Origin: Tubulanus polymorphus
Taxonomy: Eukaryota > Animalia > Nemertea
Length of the DNA: 64,000 nucleotides
Reading direction: 5' to 3'
Assembly: GCF_964204645.1 (NCBI RefSeq)
Contig: NC_134025.1
Coordinates: 5,146,001 to 5,210,000 of the forward strand
The notes under the pieces are model-generated. The model searched no databases, had not been told where the DNA came from, and saw nothing but the letters and a program-made list of their open reading frames with translations. The position numbers and the translations under genes were made by a program. Positions 1-21,741 of this stretch are shown piece by piece (position 1 is the first letter of the stretch; every line of letters starts with the position of its first letter).

Positions 1-366
1 GCAACAAATATATACAAACTCATATTGAATGAAATAAACAACTCAAACATAGGAAACTACTGAATAGATAGATAGATAGAGATAGAATGATACGATTAGT
101 TCTCATTTCATGCACTACACTAGCCTTTTAATAATGAATGATAGTATTGTGCAAGCGTATCATAAAAACACTATTCTTAAAGAACATTAATCAATGAATG
201 CATTGAAAGCTGAACATGATTTCATGATTAGTCAAGAGACACCTATCAACTAGTAAATCATATTTTCTCATAATTGAGATTCCATCAATCATTTAACAAA
301 AACTAAAACATCATTGAGCAACTAACAAAATAGCGTTTGAAGTGAAACAACTAGCTTACTACATAC

Positions 367-1164
367 CCCTTTCAGCAGCCAACTCAAGACCAGTTTCATC
401 AAATTCTAATTCAGGTTCTTCCATACCAGCTAACTCGGGCTCGAAATCACTGTCACCGTCAGACGAATCTAAAAATAATTTGATAGGTGTTCAATTGTTT
501 GCAGTAGGCCTAAACCATTATTTTAGACTACATAGTCCATTCTTAGAATAATGTGTAAGTGTCCCGGTATGTCATTCAAGTCATTCGACAAAATTACAAA
601 ACAGTTTTCATCATAGAAAGTGAATATTAAGTAAGAAATTTTGTCAAAGGTGATTTGAATTTCAAGATATGGAATTATTAGTACATGTATATGACTAGTA
701 CCCGGTACTTATTATTCTCCCATGCCTATTATGTAGATCATGTGAATGGTAATATTAGGAAATACTTCCTGATTATAAATCAGCACCAGAATGCATTTAC
801 AACACATAGCGATTCGAAACATACAGGTAGGGATGATCAAGAGATGAAAATATTAGTAGGCTATAATCAAACCAATTGTAGAAATTTGATTTATAGATAG
901 AAAATGCTTCGATAAATTGTGATATTTGAAAAATTCATTATTGCATACCTTTAGGTACTTCAGGAATGTAACGTTCTTCTAAAAAAGAAAGGTAACAATG
1001 TGCGGTCGATAGAGTACAAAATTTCAACCAAATAAATCACACCCGATAAAGGGAGGCATCTATTGTAATTCTACTTGGACTCGAGAGAAGTTTTACATTC
1101 TGAGCTTACCGAGCCTTTCATCTGTACCATCATCAATAAGCGGATGTTCTTCATTTCCAGCCAT
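367..1164 (-). CDS. 5' coding exons of an unidentified acidic protein (partial, continues beyond the left edge)
   Basis: ATG at 1164 in AAAAATGG context; exons 1164-1110, 978-949 and 468-367 have GT/AG boundaries and splice in frame to MAGNEEHPLIDDGTDERLEERYIPEVPKDSSDGDSDFEPELAGMEEPELEFDETGLELAAER. A probable non-coding first exon has its donor at 1825. Family not recognised. Confidence 0.7.
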
Positions 1165-1434
1165 TTTTATTCAAAATCTTAGTGACTTTGATACAATGTT
1201 CTACTCATTCTACAAGCAATGAAAAGTGTCAGTGACAATAATAATCTTTCAGGACAAATCAGGAGTTTGCCAAATACGGGGTAGGCCTAGTCAAGCAAAA
1301 CTCAATAGATTTAGGCAATATACTTGCAGGGGTAGAGCCAGGGTTTCGTGACTTGTTGACAGATAGGGTGTTTGACTCACAACCAAGGAAGGGTTTCGAA
1401 CCCATTCAGTCAGGACATGTCAGTGTTCCAAATG

Positions 1435-1534
1435 TTGGAGCGACTGCAGTTTTTTGGTTTCCCTATGGTTATCTACCTAACCTTACCATATGACATGTCG
1501 GTATAACCCTAATCTACAACAACAGTCGCTACAA
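1435..1534. repeat. small inverted-repeat element with CCTAAC-type core (non-autonomous transposon-like remnant)
   Basis: TTGGAGCGACTG (1435-1446) and CAGTCGCTACAA (1523-1534) are near-perfect inverted repeats flanking ACCTAACCT and AACCCTAA motifs. Confidence 0.35.
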
Positions 1535-1825
1535 GCAGACCCTCTATCACTAGGCCTACTAAACACTAGCACCACACATCATCATGATGAGTGATATGAC
1601 ACGACCAACATATCATGGAGGAAAGATGATCAAATTAGCATTTAGATCCCCAAAGTTAGAGAGGTGGTTTAGTGATCCCCTCGGAACTCCAGTTAATCCA
1701 CCATTTCGTTTATTCCTTCGTCCAATATTTCATTGATCAATACTCGGAGTCGTTTTGCATTCCTTCCTTATTTTTCTTATCTATAAATAATCTATGTTAC
1801 ATGGTTACGTAGCCTATTTCCTTAC

Positions 1826-2083
1826 CTCTGACTCGTCAAAAAATGATTCCTATTTAACTCACACCACTGACGATAAATAGCTTAAGCCGAAACAACAATA
1901 ACAGATTAAACGCAATAACTCAGTGAGAAATAGAATGAGAATTTTGCAGAGATTTTGCTGAAAATTAGTCAAAAAACAATTCCCACTTCCGGTATTGCTA
2001 AGCACCGATGTAGAGCGTTTCATGGCTGGCAATCACCCGGCAGCAGCTTTTTTCAGGACTGGGGTTGCATAATCTGTTAACAG
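1826..2083. promoter_or_regulatory. bidirectional promoter region between the unidentified gene (-) and FAAH2 (+)
   Basis: Head-to-head arrangement; ETS/GABP-type CACTTCCGG at 1984-1992; minus-strand donor at 1825. Confidence 0.55.
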
Positions 2084-2312
2084 GTGAAGATGGTACTATC
2101 AAGATAGTATTGAATATAAATTGGTAAATTGTAATATGGGAAATATTATGACAACAATAGTGTACAAACTTGGGGAGCAGTGAATGAAGTGCTAAGGGCC
2201 CAGGGTGCCTCTTTTCGCCCACAGCAGAGAGGCCCTGTGGATATAACATTTGTATGTTCACTTTTTTAATGTATCTCATTTCAGTGTCGTTGCATGGTGG
2301 AGATTGACGAAG

Positions 2313-4496
2313 ATGATCACTATGAATTATATCGAGGATTTACTCGGTTACATCGTAACGGCTGTCGGTCGGGTTGTTAGTGCGATATTGAATCTAATTT
2401 TCTACCTCATCTATGAAAGACAAAGGTCTCGTGTTCCACCGATTACGAATGATATCCTCCTCCAGTCTGCGACATCGTTGGCTAAGAAAATTCGGACGAG
2501 AGAGGTGAGGCATGGATGGGTGACAGAAGATATCCTTTATGAAACTAAATAATCGTGTGCCGTACCCTACCATTCTTAATACTTGTATTTCTTTCCTGGT
2601 TTGTTTCAGTTGACAAGTGAACAAGTTGTACAAGCATTTATCGATAGAGTTGAAAAAGTCAATCCTATAATCAATGCATGCATTGCTGAATGTTATAACA
2701 CTGCCCTTGAAGAAGCAAAAGCAGTTGATGAAATCCTAGACTCAGGGAATTTAGATGAAAGCTACAGCGAAGAGAAAAAACCATTTCTTGGTGTTCCTAT
2801 ATCTGTTAAAACTGCATTTGCACTCAATGGTAAGAATCCTATTTGAAATAGATTTGTGTCTGCACAATTCTGAAAAATAACTAGTAATACCAGTTCATGT
2901 ATAATGATTTTGAAATTTTGTTAGGGATGCCATTTTCATCCGGATTGGTGTCAAGAAAGAATGTATTTGCTGACTTCGATGCACCTATTGTACAAAATGC
3001 TAAAAATTGCGGAGCAATTCCAATTGTGGTGACAAATTGTAGTGAATTGTGCATGTGGTGGGAATCGGCTAATAACATATATGGAACGACAAAAAACCCC
3101 TATAATACAGCTCGCATTGTTGGTGGAAGTTCAGGTTTGTATTGTCCAAGCAGGGAGGTGGACATTGACCGCAGTAACCCCCAAGTGAAAAATATATTTG
3201 TATTTTTAGGAGGGGAAGGTGCGATTCTTGCTGCCGGTGGTGCCGTTCTTGGAATTGGATCTGATATTGGGGGAAGTATTCGAATGCCATCATTCTTCAA
3301 TGGTATCTTTGGGCATAAACCATCGAAGGGTAATTATTTTTGCAACAAAAGTATCTTGTAATACAGAAATACAGTGGAAATTTATCAAAAGAATTTAAAG
3401 GATTGAATCCTTCAGATTTACAGATTTGTCAATCTCAAGATGGGAAGTCTAATGCACTAACTTTCACTTTAACCAATATTTTGCTTTTAGGAATCATCAA
3501 CAATGAAGGTCAGTTCCCGATGTGTGATGGCAAGGATGTTGACTACCTTACTTCTGGGCCCATGTGTAGATATGCTGATGATCTGGAGTCATGGTTCAAT
3601 ATTCTTGCTGGTTCAGACATATCAAACTTGAAATCATCTGGAATGGTAATTCATACTTTAAACCATCTAGTCGACATTGAATAGTACACAAAGTTCGTGC
3701 AATTAAATGTTTCCACATTTTCTCTATTGAATTAAGGTTGATGTAAAAAAGTTGAAGTTTTATTATATGGAGGATGATGGAGGGTGTCCAGTTGTAAAGT
3801 CGTTGCATCCAGAATTGAGAGCCGCCCATCGAAAGGTAAGCTTATGTTGCATGTACCTGTATTTTCATTCATCTTCATGTCCTATTTTACCCACCATTCA
3901 TTCATTTTCAGGTTGTTGAACATATACAGTCCAGTCTAGGAATAGAAGTTGAAACCATCAATATCAAGGAAATGGTTCACTCTCTACAAATTTGGTCTAC
4001 ACTTATGTCTGCCCGTCTCACTGGAGGTTCTTCATTTGCTTCGCTGATGGGCAATGGAGTTGAAGTGAACGTATGGCTTGAACTGCTAAAATGGACGATT
4101 GGCTGTTCTAAACATACTTTTCCTGCTATAGGGTTAGGAATAATGGAACGATTTTCGGGAAATGACCAAGAATTTAATGAGAAAATGATAGAAATGTGTG
4201 ACGAATTAAAAGAGAAATTTCAGAAGCTCCTCAGTGATGATGGAATCCTTTTGTATCCAACACACCCAACACCAGCTCCTTATCACAATCAACCAATTAC
4301 AATGATGTTCAACTTTGCTTATACTGCTATCTTCAATGTGCTCGGATTACCGGCGACATCTTGTCCTTTAGGTTTAGGAAGTGATGGTGTTCCACTTGGC
4401 ATTCAAGTGATAGCGTCTCATGCAAATGATTATAATTGTTTTGCAGTAGCTAGAGAGATAGAGAAAGCATTTGGCGGGTGGGTTAAACATATTTGA
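2313..4496 (+). CDS. FAAH2: fatty acid amide hydrolase 2 (amidase signature family), 7 coding exons
   Basis: Exons approx. 2313-2505, 2610-2829, 2925-3134, 3210-3329, 3491-3645, 3737-3835, 3912-4496. Motifs PFLGVPISVK, GGSSGGEG, GIGSDIGGSIRMPSFFNGIFGHKP, C-terminal EKAFGGW; hydrophobic N-terminus. The start could be 2313 or 2322. Confidence 0.93.
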
Positions 4497-5461
4497 TGGT
4501 TATCATGATTCAGTTCATATCAAAATGTTTATGTAGCCTATCTTAGTGCACCATACATTTTAACCTAGTCACGCATGTAACTTCTTCCTATAAGACAAAA
4601 CATATCGTTAATGGAAGTAGATTTAAATCATTTCACATATCAATAAAAATCAAGTGTAGTCCAGAATTTATGATTGTGATAGAACACAACATATCATTCA
4701 TACAACTTCTGGATACCGGTGAATTAGGGAAGTCTTATGATATGAGGTATTCTACTATTTAACCACAATCGATCAGATTTAACTTCCTTAATTCTGATTA
4801 TCGTATCTTTTTAATATACATGCACCCGGTATTAGTATTCAAGATATTTTTTGTTCTTTTACTCCTAATTAGTCTTCGGTAACATTCCAGATTTTGATAA
4901 CCTAACGGTATGTGTATGTATATGTAGTACTAATGTCCTGCATTTGGCATTTTTTTTCAGTTAAGATATCATTTATACTAATGATTTTAATATCCAAGTG
5001 GTTCAATTTGGTATTATTGGTATGCATTGTAGTATCACAAACTTTTGGATTTGAATACCAAGACGTACTAGTAATGATGAACATGTAACATGTAGATGAA
5101 CTTGAATAAAAACAAACATTTAAATATCTTCAAACTTTTTTCATAGTTGACAACAACAAGGCTCCACAAAGGCGGACGACAAATTTCATTTTACAAAAAA
5201 TTTATAATTTATTTTCAATATCATTCTTTACAAAAAATAAATTTCAAAATTTTTTAATATCACAATTTACCTGGTCTAGAGAAGATGAGCTCGTTTTTTA
5301 TGTTTAATGCATGGCATTTCATTTGTACCTGAACTACTAACTATGTACAGGAAAAGAATGTGCACATGAAAATTACACATTTTGTGTACCGGTAGTTATT
5401 TCATTTAATGCCAAATATTGAGACATTCATCTTTGAACCAGAAACAATTTTCTATTAGATG

Positions 5462-5641
5462 TACACTTAAACCTCCTCAATACGATTCTAAGACGAAACC
5501 CATTTACTGCGATGATTCCTGCATGTCCTCCCAGCTAACCTATTTATATCCATCAATACAACCCTAGGATAATACGAAACCCATTTAAAACAACAATTTC
5601 ACTTCTGGCCACAAGATTCGTATTAATGAGGTTCTACTGTA
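5462..5641. mobile_element. Tc1/mariner-pogo-type MITE with TA target sites, in the probable PHIP 3' UTR
   Basis: Left end TA-CACTTAAACCTCCTCAATACGA matches the reverse complement of right end TCGTATTAATGAGGTTCTACTG-TA (degenerate TIRs); internal repeat ACGAAACCCATTT. Confidence 0.65.
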
Positions 5642-6542
5642 TGCACGCACCTAAAAGAATTTCTATCGTCCAATCATAGAGGTCGCTACTATGATCATAT
5701 TTTTTAGTAATCGCTGATCTGGTGGTGATAGGTGGATGTGTTCACTAGAAAATCTGTATCTCCATTACATTACACCTGTTGTTTAAGAACAATGTGATCT
5801 CAACGCCCCTTACAGTTCTATCCTATCTCCGTGTATACAATACAACTAGGCTGCCACCAAAAAATTAACCCAATCAGTTGCGTGCCAGTTCGTGGTTAAT
5901 TGTTACAAGAACTGTAACCACCACAATTTCCAATCGAGACTTCGATTTAAACCAAAATTCTGTAAATTTATCCTTTGTTTTGTACTCCAATTTCAAAAGT
6001 GACACTAAATAAATAAGAGATGATGTGAATGCATGTAAATCAAGTAAAGGAATTCTACAGTCGAATGACTCATCATGTATTTTTACATAAATACCCGGTA
6101 TATCAAAGATGCTTCATAAAAGCATAACAATAGCACCAATAAGGTATAAAACCTGAACAATAGTCACCATTTACGTACACATTCTCAATGACACAAACTA
6201 TGTTATCAATATTGACCATTTGAAATATAATGCATGTACGTAAATGAATTATCATGATCATTTTATAATTCAAATCAACTTTTTATATCTTTAGTACAAT
6301 AGTACAATACATAACTGAAATAATGTTTTACAGTGATTTTACCTCGAGAGAAAATTTGTCTTGAAAATTAACATATGCCTTCATAAGGCATCACAAATAC
6401 ATGATTAGGTGAACATTACTTTGTCATTCGAAATTATATAACCATGAAATTCCATCAAAATGAATGAATGCAAAAGACAATTATCATATACATTAAAGAG
6501 AGGTACAAATAGAAATAAATAATTCAATGAAAAGCTGCCAAA

Positions 6543-15892
<9,350 letters not shown>

Positions 15893-16066
15893 TTTGAAGC
15901 TTTTAGTTAACGAGGAAATCGAATCAAATTGTCGTTATTACTTCGATATATTCTACGCCATTTTAGCGACTTACGGGTGCCGTTTCACGGGAGAAAATAT
16001 ATTCATACGCTAAAATAGTGCGCCACTTTGTCCAGTTCTCAGTGTTTTTCGATGTAATAGATCATG
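15893..16066. promoter_or_regulatory. bidirectional promoter PHIP (-) / DHDDS (+)
   Basis: Very short head-to-head interval, CpG-containing; YY1-type CGCCATTTT at 15956-15964; plus-strand donor GTAAGT near 16066. Confidence 0.55.
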
Positions 16067-16453
16067 TAAGTATCAAAACATTAAATTTGGTACCATACTG
16101 AAACAGATCAAGTATCAAATCTTGTTTGAAATTCGGTATATCTTTTAATTGGTTTGCTAATTGACTGTCAATCAACATGCGAATGGATATGCCTGTCCTA
16201 TTAATTGGTAAATGTCAAGGTTGTTTTGTCGACGTATCAGTATTTTCGTTTTATTTTGTAAATTAGGACATCTTAACATTTTTCACGTTCATTCTTAAGG
16301 TAACTTTTACTGAAATAAGGGATTTATGAAGCTATAATTATCACCTGGTGTCATAATAATCGTCGAATTTAATCTAAAATCCACAAAATATGAATAAACT
16401 CAAATTCAATTCAATTTATTCTTTCCAATTTTATAGGCTGAAACTGATGAAAC

Positions 16454-18043
16454 ATGTCTTGGGTTAGAGAAAGTGATGGTGGAGGATGGGTACATCAACT
16501 CTGTAGGGGTATACTGAAAACTGGTGCTGTACCAAAACACATTGCTTTTATAATGGATGGTAATAGACGTTTTGCAAACAAAAGAAGTTTGGACCGCGCT
16601 GCAGGACATCTAATGGGATTCGAGAAATTAGCTGAGGTAAACAGAAGAATTTTCATCATAAAAGTTGATTTCTTGTCTAGTAATCTTTAGTTTATAGATA
16701 TTTTTCTGTGACGGACGCATATTTTCAGACACTCCAGTGGTGTAGAGATTTAGGTATCTATGAAGTTACGGTGTATGCGTTCAGCATCGAAAATTTTAAA
16801 CGGAGTAAAGATGAAGTCGATAGTTTATTAGAGTTGGCAAGACAAAAATTTCAAAAATTACTCGAAGAAAAGTAAGTTAAACTTAAAAAATGCAGATGAA
16901 TAGTTAAACTGACCTCTATGATGGTATGTTTCTCATGATCGCAGTTTTCTTTCAAATTCACCCATCATTTGATAGGGACCAGTTAAAAAAGCATGGTGTA
17001 TGTGTGCGGGTGCTTGGTAATGTCACTTTGTTACCAAATGATATACAGGAACTTATAGCTGATGCTGTATGTAGCACTAAAGACAATGATAGGTAAAAGT
17101 TCTGAAGTGAAAAATAATGTAAATATATTTTATTCGCCTCTGTTTTCTTCATAGTCCTTGTAAAATTCTTTTCTAGGGCATTCCTTAATGTATGTTTCTC
17201 ATATACATCAAGGGAAGAAATATGTGCTGCAATAAGAGATATGGCGGAAGGTGTTCAACTTGGTTTATTAGACGAAAGGTAAATGTCCAAATAGTATAAT
17301 TCCTTCGAGGCCTCTGTGAGTCTTTACGCCTTTCGTGACAAGTCTGATTTTCTTCCTTATAGCGATATAGACGACGAACTATTAGAAGAATGTCTGTACA
17401 CAAATCATTCTCCTAATCCTGATCTTCTCGTCCGAACATCCGGGGAATGTAGACTAAGTGACTTTCTTCTGTGGCAGGTCTGTGTACCAATTATGAGCTT
17501 GAATGATTATTCTCAATTGAGGGACATCGTATGAGCTTGTCACCGATGCTAAGGTTATTATTGTAATCAAATATGATCATCTTTTCAGACTTCTTTTTCT
17601 GCGTTATTGTTCGATGATGTACTTTGGCCAGAATTCAGCATTTGGCATTTATATGCTGCAGTTTTACATTACCAGAGGAATCACAAGGCTGTTGTGGTAA
17701 GATTTTGAGACTGATAAAACTGCTATGATGATAATTAATATGAAGTGATATAACTTTTCAGATGATTCGTTCCTATTTTCAGCAAGCCAAAGGTTTACAG
17801 AGTAAAGATAGAATAAATCAACGTCGGATAATTGACGAAAAACTGATTCTCGCGAAAGAACATGATTTACGTTTTAGAGAAACGAAGGATTTACAGCATC
17901 ATGTTGAACAATTTCGACAAGAACGTGCACGTAGAATTAAAACATTCCTTACGTATTTAGAAAACGAACGGACTAAATATTTCGAAACACTCGTCGCAAA
18001 AAGGCAATCGAACTGGGAACCGCAAACAGTGTCTACAATTTGA
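16454..18043 (+). CDS. DHDDS: dehydrodolichyl diphosphate synthase (cis-prenyltransferase catalytic subunit)
   Basis: [82 protein letters not shown] across 7 GT-AG coding exons. Confidence 0.95.
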
Positions 18044-18093
18044 TTAATACTAATGATTGCAAACACTTGTATCTAGTCAAATTGTCTTTAGAA

Positions 18094-18107
18094 AATAAAA
18101 TTTTATT
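18094..18107. terminator. palindromic double polyadenylation signal between convergent DHDDS and TMEM161
   Basis: AATAAAATTTTATT is its own reverse complement, giving AATAAA on both strands about 50 nt after the DHDDS stop. Confidence 0.5.
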
Positions 18108-18918
18108 GTAATAGATTCATATATTATTAAAGACATGTTCTTATGATTCTTTTGATGGAAAGGAACTTTCTCAAATTTCTTACGCCACAGTACAGGGGTC
18201 CTAGAAATCAGACTCCTCTACTAACCCCTCTGACTCTTAAGATGAAAACCATTATCCCAGATAATCTGGGATACTACCTGTAATGTGAGGATGAATATAT
18301 TTCCAGTTCATTCTATTGTGAAATACATTTGCGCATTTGACGCATCGATCTATTTGTGCACCTGGCAACTTGTGTGTACAGTGTTCTATGTAACAAGTTA
18401 GAAAAGCTCAATATAGTAAATTTAATCCATAATTCAGAGAATGCAATGATCCACGGAACAGAGGGTTTGAAATGAAGACAAAAGAACACCATATCTAAAT
18501 TAGGGATCATATAAAACTTTATTTATTCAAACATATAGCATATTCATAAAACACTAACACATGCAAAAATCGAAAATTACATTGGGTCAGCTCAATAACT
18601 GATCAAATTGTATTCTACAATATAAATAATGCAAACCAATCGTACAAATCTTGTTTAGTATGATAAGCTTTATCTTGGTTGATCAGTATTTTTTCAATCT
18701 ACATAATTTCAAGAATGCATGCACATATGATCATTTTGTCAGCTAGCTGCCATAGACACAAAGGTCTGCAAGACCATCAGACTTAACAAACAGGCACGCT
18801 TTAAATGAATACTAGAAACACAATGAAACTCTCACTATCTGGTGAAATACTGATCATAGGCTTTCATCAAATTTGCATGCCTCAAATAAATGATATGAAA
18901 CAATGAATGACGCGCTTA

Positions 18919-20469
18919 TTATTGTGCAAAATACTGGTAGTAAAGCATACCGAATGCACTGGTAACAAACCATGCGGTAGATATCCACCAACATAAATAC
19001 GAAAACAATCCTCGATACCAAATAGGGGTGAATACGCTCTTCAACTGATTCAAAGCCACTCCGATATGAGCAACTGTTTCAGGAAGGCTAGCATTGCTCA
19101 AAGTTACCGGTTGTTTCGTCGAGTTAGTGACTAACGTTGTTGAATTGTCCGGAATAAACAAAAATTTTCCAGACCAGGATAAACCACCAAGGGTTTTCCA
19201 GCAGAAAGCCGCAAACAATAGCAGTACAACTGGAGCGAGGTACTGCAACGCGACAGCGCATAAGTAAAAGAAAACTCTGGCAATCATTCGCTGTAGGTCA
19301 ATATTCGAGATTCTGCCGGCTTCTTTATGCATCTGCTCAATTTTATCGTGCGCCAGGTTCAAATGCGACTGCAAGTAAACGACCATCAGAAACAATCGAA
19401 GCAAACAGAAAGCTACGATAAAGATGATTCTCATAGTGAAAAATCCTGCTTCCGTTAGTAACGGTTTCGATGAACTACGCGATTGAGATGTCAACACATC
19501 TTTCACAGCTGGTTTAATCCACATCACTGATATCAACAACGGGAACAAAAAACTCAAATGCAGCAATAACTGCACTAGAGGTCGCTCTTTCGCATATTTC
19601 AATGAATCCGAGTGCATTTTTGCATAACGTAATCCTGGAAATGTCAAGAAGGCTCCGACTATAGCGCTCAGGAAAGCTAATCCTAGCTTAAAAGACGTTA
19701 TCGACGCTGGCCCGTGCGAACTGATTCCTTGATCTTTTAGAAAAGCCTCGGCGGTTTTCGAAAAGTTTCCATGCCCCGGCACTAGACCGAATTCGAGCGT
19801 GTCTTCGCTGGTGATCAGAATTCCCATCGCGACGATCAGAAAGAAGAAACCGAATGTAACGCACAGGATTCGCTCGCCGGATTCTTCGAGTCGGAAATAC
19901 ATCGCCGTCAGCGAGAACATCACTTTCAAACTGAACAGCATCACGAGTAAACTCCACAACATGCTCAGATTGAATTCGTGAAATTGCGGAAACAAATGCA
20001 CGTACACCTCGGTGATGACGTAAACGAAGAATGCACTTAAAGAGAAATCAATCAACCATTGGTACTCGGCGTAGTAATGTAATGGCAGAAGATCAATCGG
20101 TCGAACTGCCGCTGTTTCTAGTTGAATGTTCAAACTGCGCGGCACAGTAAAAGTATCCCCTTTCTGTATACCATGTTTATCTTTGCGACCTGTAAAAAAT
20201 TACATATAGTTTAGTCTACTGGTATTTCATCTGAAATATTCTAATGGAAAAGGCCGATATTAAGAGTTAGATATGACACAGCAGATACCTTTTCCTTTGT
20301 TGGCAAGAGGAATTCCAGCAGTTATCCTCAATTCTTCATCAGTTGGATGAAGATATCTCACTAAATGATTACACAAGAGCCAACGTGCGAATGAAAAGTG
20401 TTGAGAAAGTTTCGATAGAAAACTTGCAGTGACCATCGTCACAACAAGCTGTACACCAAGGATTGCCAT
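18919..20469 (-). CDS. TMEM161: transmembrane protein 161 (TMEM161A/B family), 2 coding exons
   Basis: MAILGVQLVVTMVTASFLSKL...SFARWLLC...LVRYLHPTDEEL; FTVPRSLNIQLE; GAFLTFPGLR; VFFYLCAVALQYLAP; exons approx. 20469-20289 and 20189-18919. Confidence 0.93.
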
Positions 20470-21158
20470 GATTCTGCGCCTAGTTGGGCTCTTCTACTCT
20501 ACCACTGTGTAATGAAGATCTGACACCTGGAAACAAAGGTTGAAATAAATGAAAACGAAGAACAGTTTAATTGTCAAAAAGTTTCTATCCTCATTAGATC
20601 CTAAATTAATTAGTTATTAGGGACCATGAGCCTATGTATTGTAAGCCATGATACGACCTAATTGCCATACAGTCCATAGGTTTTTGATTATGCAGCAAGA
20701 AATCTGCTTGAAATAAAATTGACCTTGTGTATTCAGTTTTTAAATGTTATCAGATCAGACTAGGCTACGCTAACAAAATGGGGCTAGGCCTCTACACTAC
20801 AGCTCGGACCAGGGTAACTTGCTCACATTAATAACTTTTTTTGGTTTTTAGGCGTACATAATGTTATATCATAATATAAGTCAATCATAAGCTTATAGCA
20901 CGATCTGCATACACAAGGTAGGACCTCAAAGATGCTCTATACTTCAGCTAGAAAGGTAGGCATAGATACTACATGCAATAAAAAGACATTGATGCCGTTG
21001 GATGGATTGGATGAGACGCCGGCACTCGGCAGAACCAACTCATTCACTCGCAATTTGGAGGCTCTCTCCGCTCCCTCCTCCATCGATCGAGATTACAAAA
21101 TTCTAAGAAGGAATTTCCAGATTAACAAATTTGCAACATTTGATGAATGAATACTTAC

Positions 21159-21430
21159 AGCAGCAGAAATTAAGAGCAACTTTGGTCGAGCTAGGACGCT
21201 TTTTGATCCTACAATGGTGAACAGGCGTCCTGTTCGAAATCAAAATCCGATTCCGTGTTTTAATTTATACCGGGACTCATCCTATGACCTTCACCTTTCT
21301 TACTACGCCCGAACCCGGAAGTGAACGAAAAGAGAGAAATGTCAAAATTCGAGGATATTTAGCTGTAGTTTTCTACCCCATATCTCCTGTCTAGTGATGT
21401 CGAAGTGCAAACGTAGTACGTATATTTGTA
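21159..21430. promoter_or_regulatory. bidirectional promoter TMEM161 (-) / intersectin (+)
   Basis: Minus-strand donor near 21158, plus-strand donor near 21428, ETS motif CCGGAAGTG at 21315-21323, CpG-containing. Confidence 0.6.
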
Positions 21431-21741
21431 AGTTACGTAATGTTCTTCGGTAGGAATAGCGCTGATGAGGATCATTTATTCGTTGAAACCATATCTTAGA
21501 CGTCGATTTGTTATCGATGACAAATAAAATAATGTCGTGCTAAGTATCGAAATGGGCAAGTTCACTACATATCATGTATATTGTGATTTGATTTCCCTGT
21601 GAACCATAATGAAATAAATCAAACTGAATATATGAATATACAATCATGATAATATTTTATTGTGTTTTGTTTTATAGTTTAAGCTTCGCGTTGTATTCAA
21701 ATATTGGTTGACATTTTGTATTGTAATCAACAACGTTAGCA

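Noticed and set aside
2022-2072. 16-aa ORF MAGNHPAAAFFRTGVA upstream of FAAH2, starting like the neighbouring gene (MAGN)
   Set aside because: A four-residue match is probably coincidence; it could be a uORF but the TSS is unknown.
3135-3209. Stop-free 75-nt in-frame intron making ORF 2897-3361 appear to carry an insertion in the amidase signature
   Set aside because: Canonical GT-AG intron whose removal restores GGSSGGEG; no evidence of retention. Similar read-through introns occur in intersectin (about 23477-23563 and 33687-33773).
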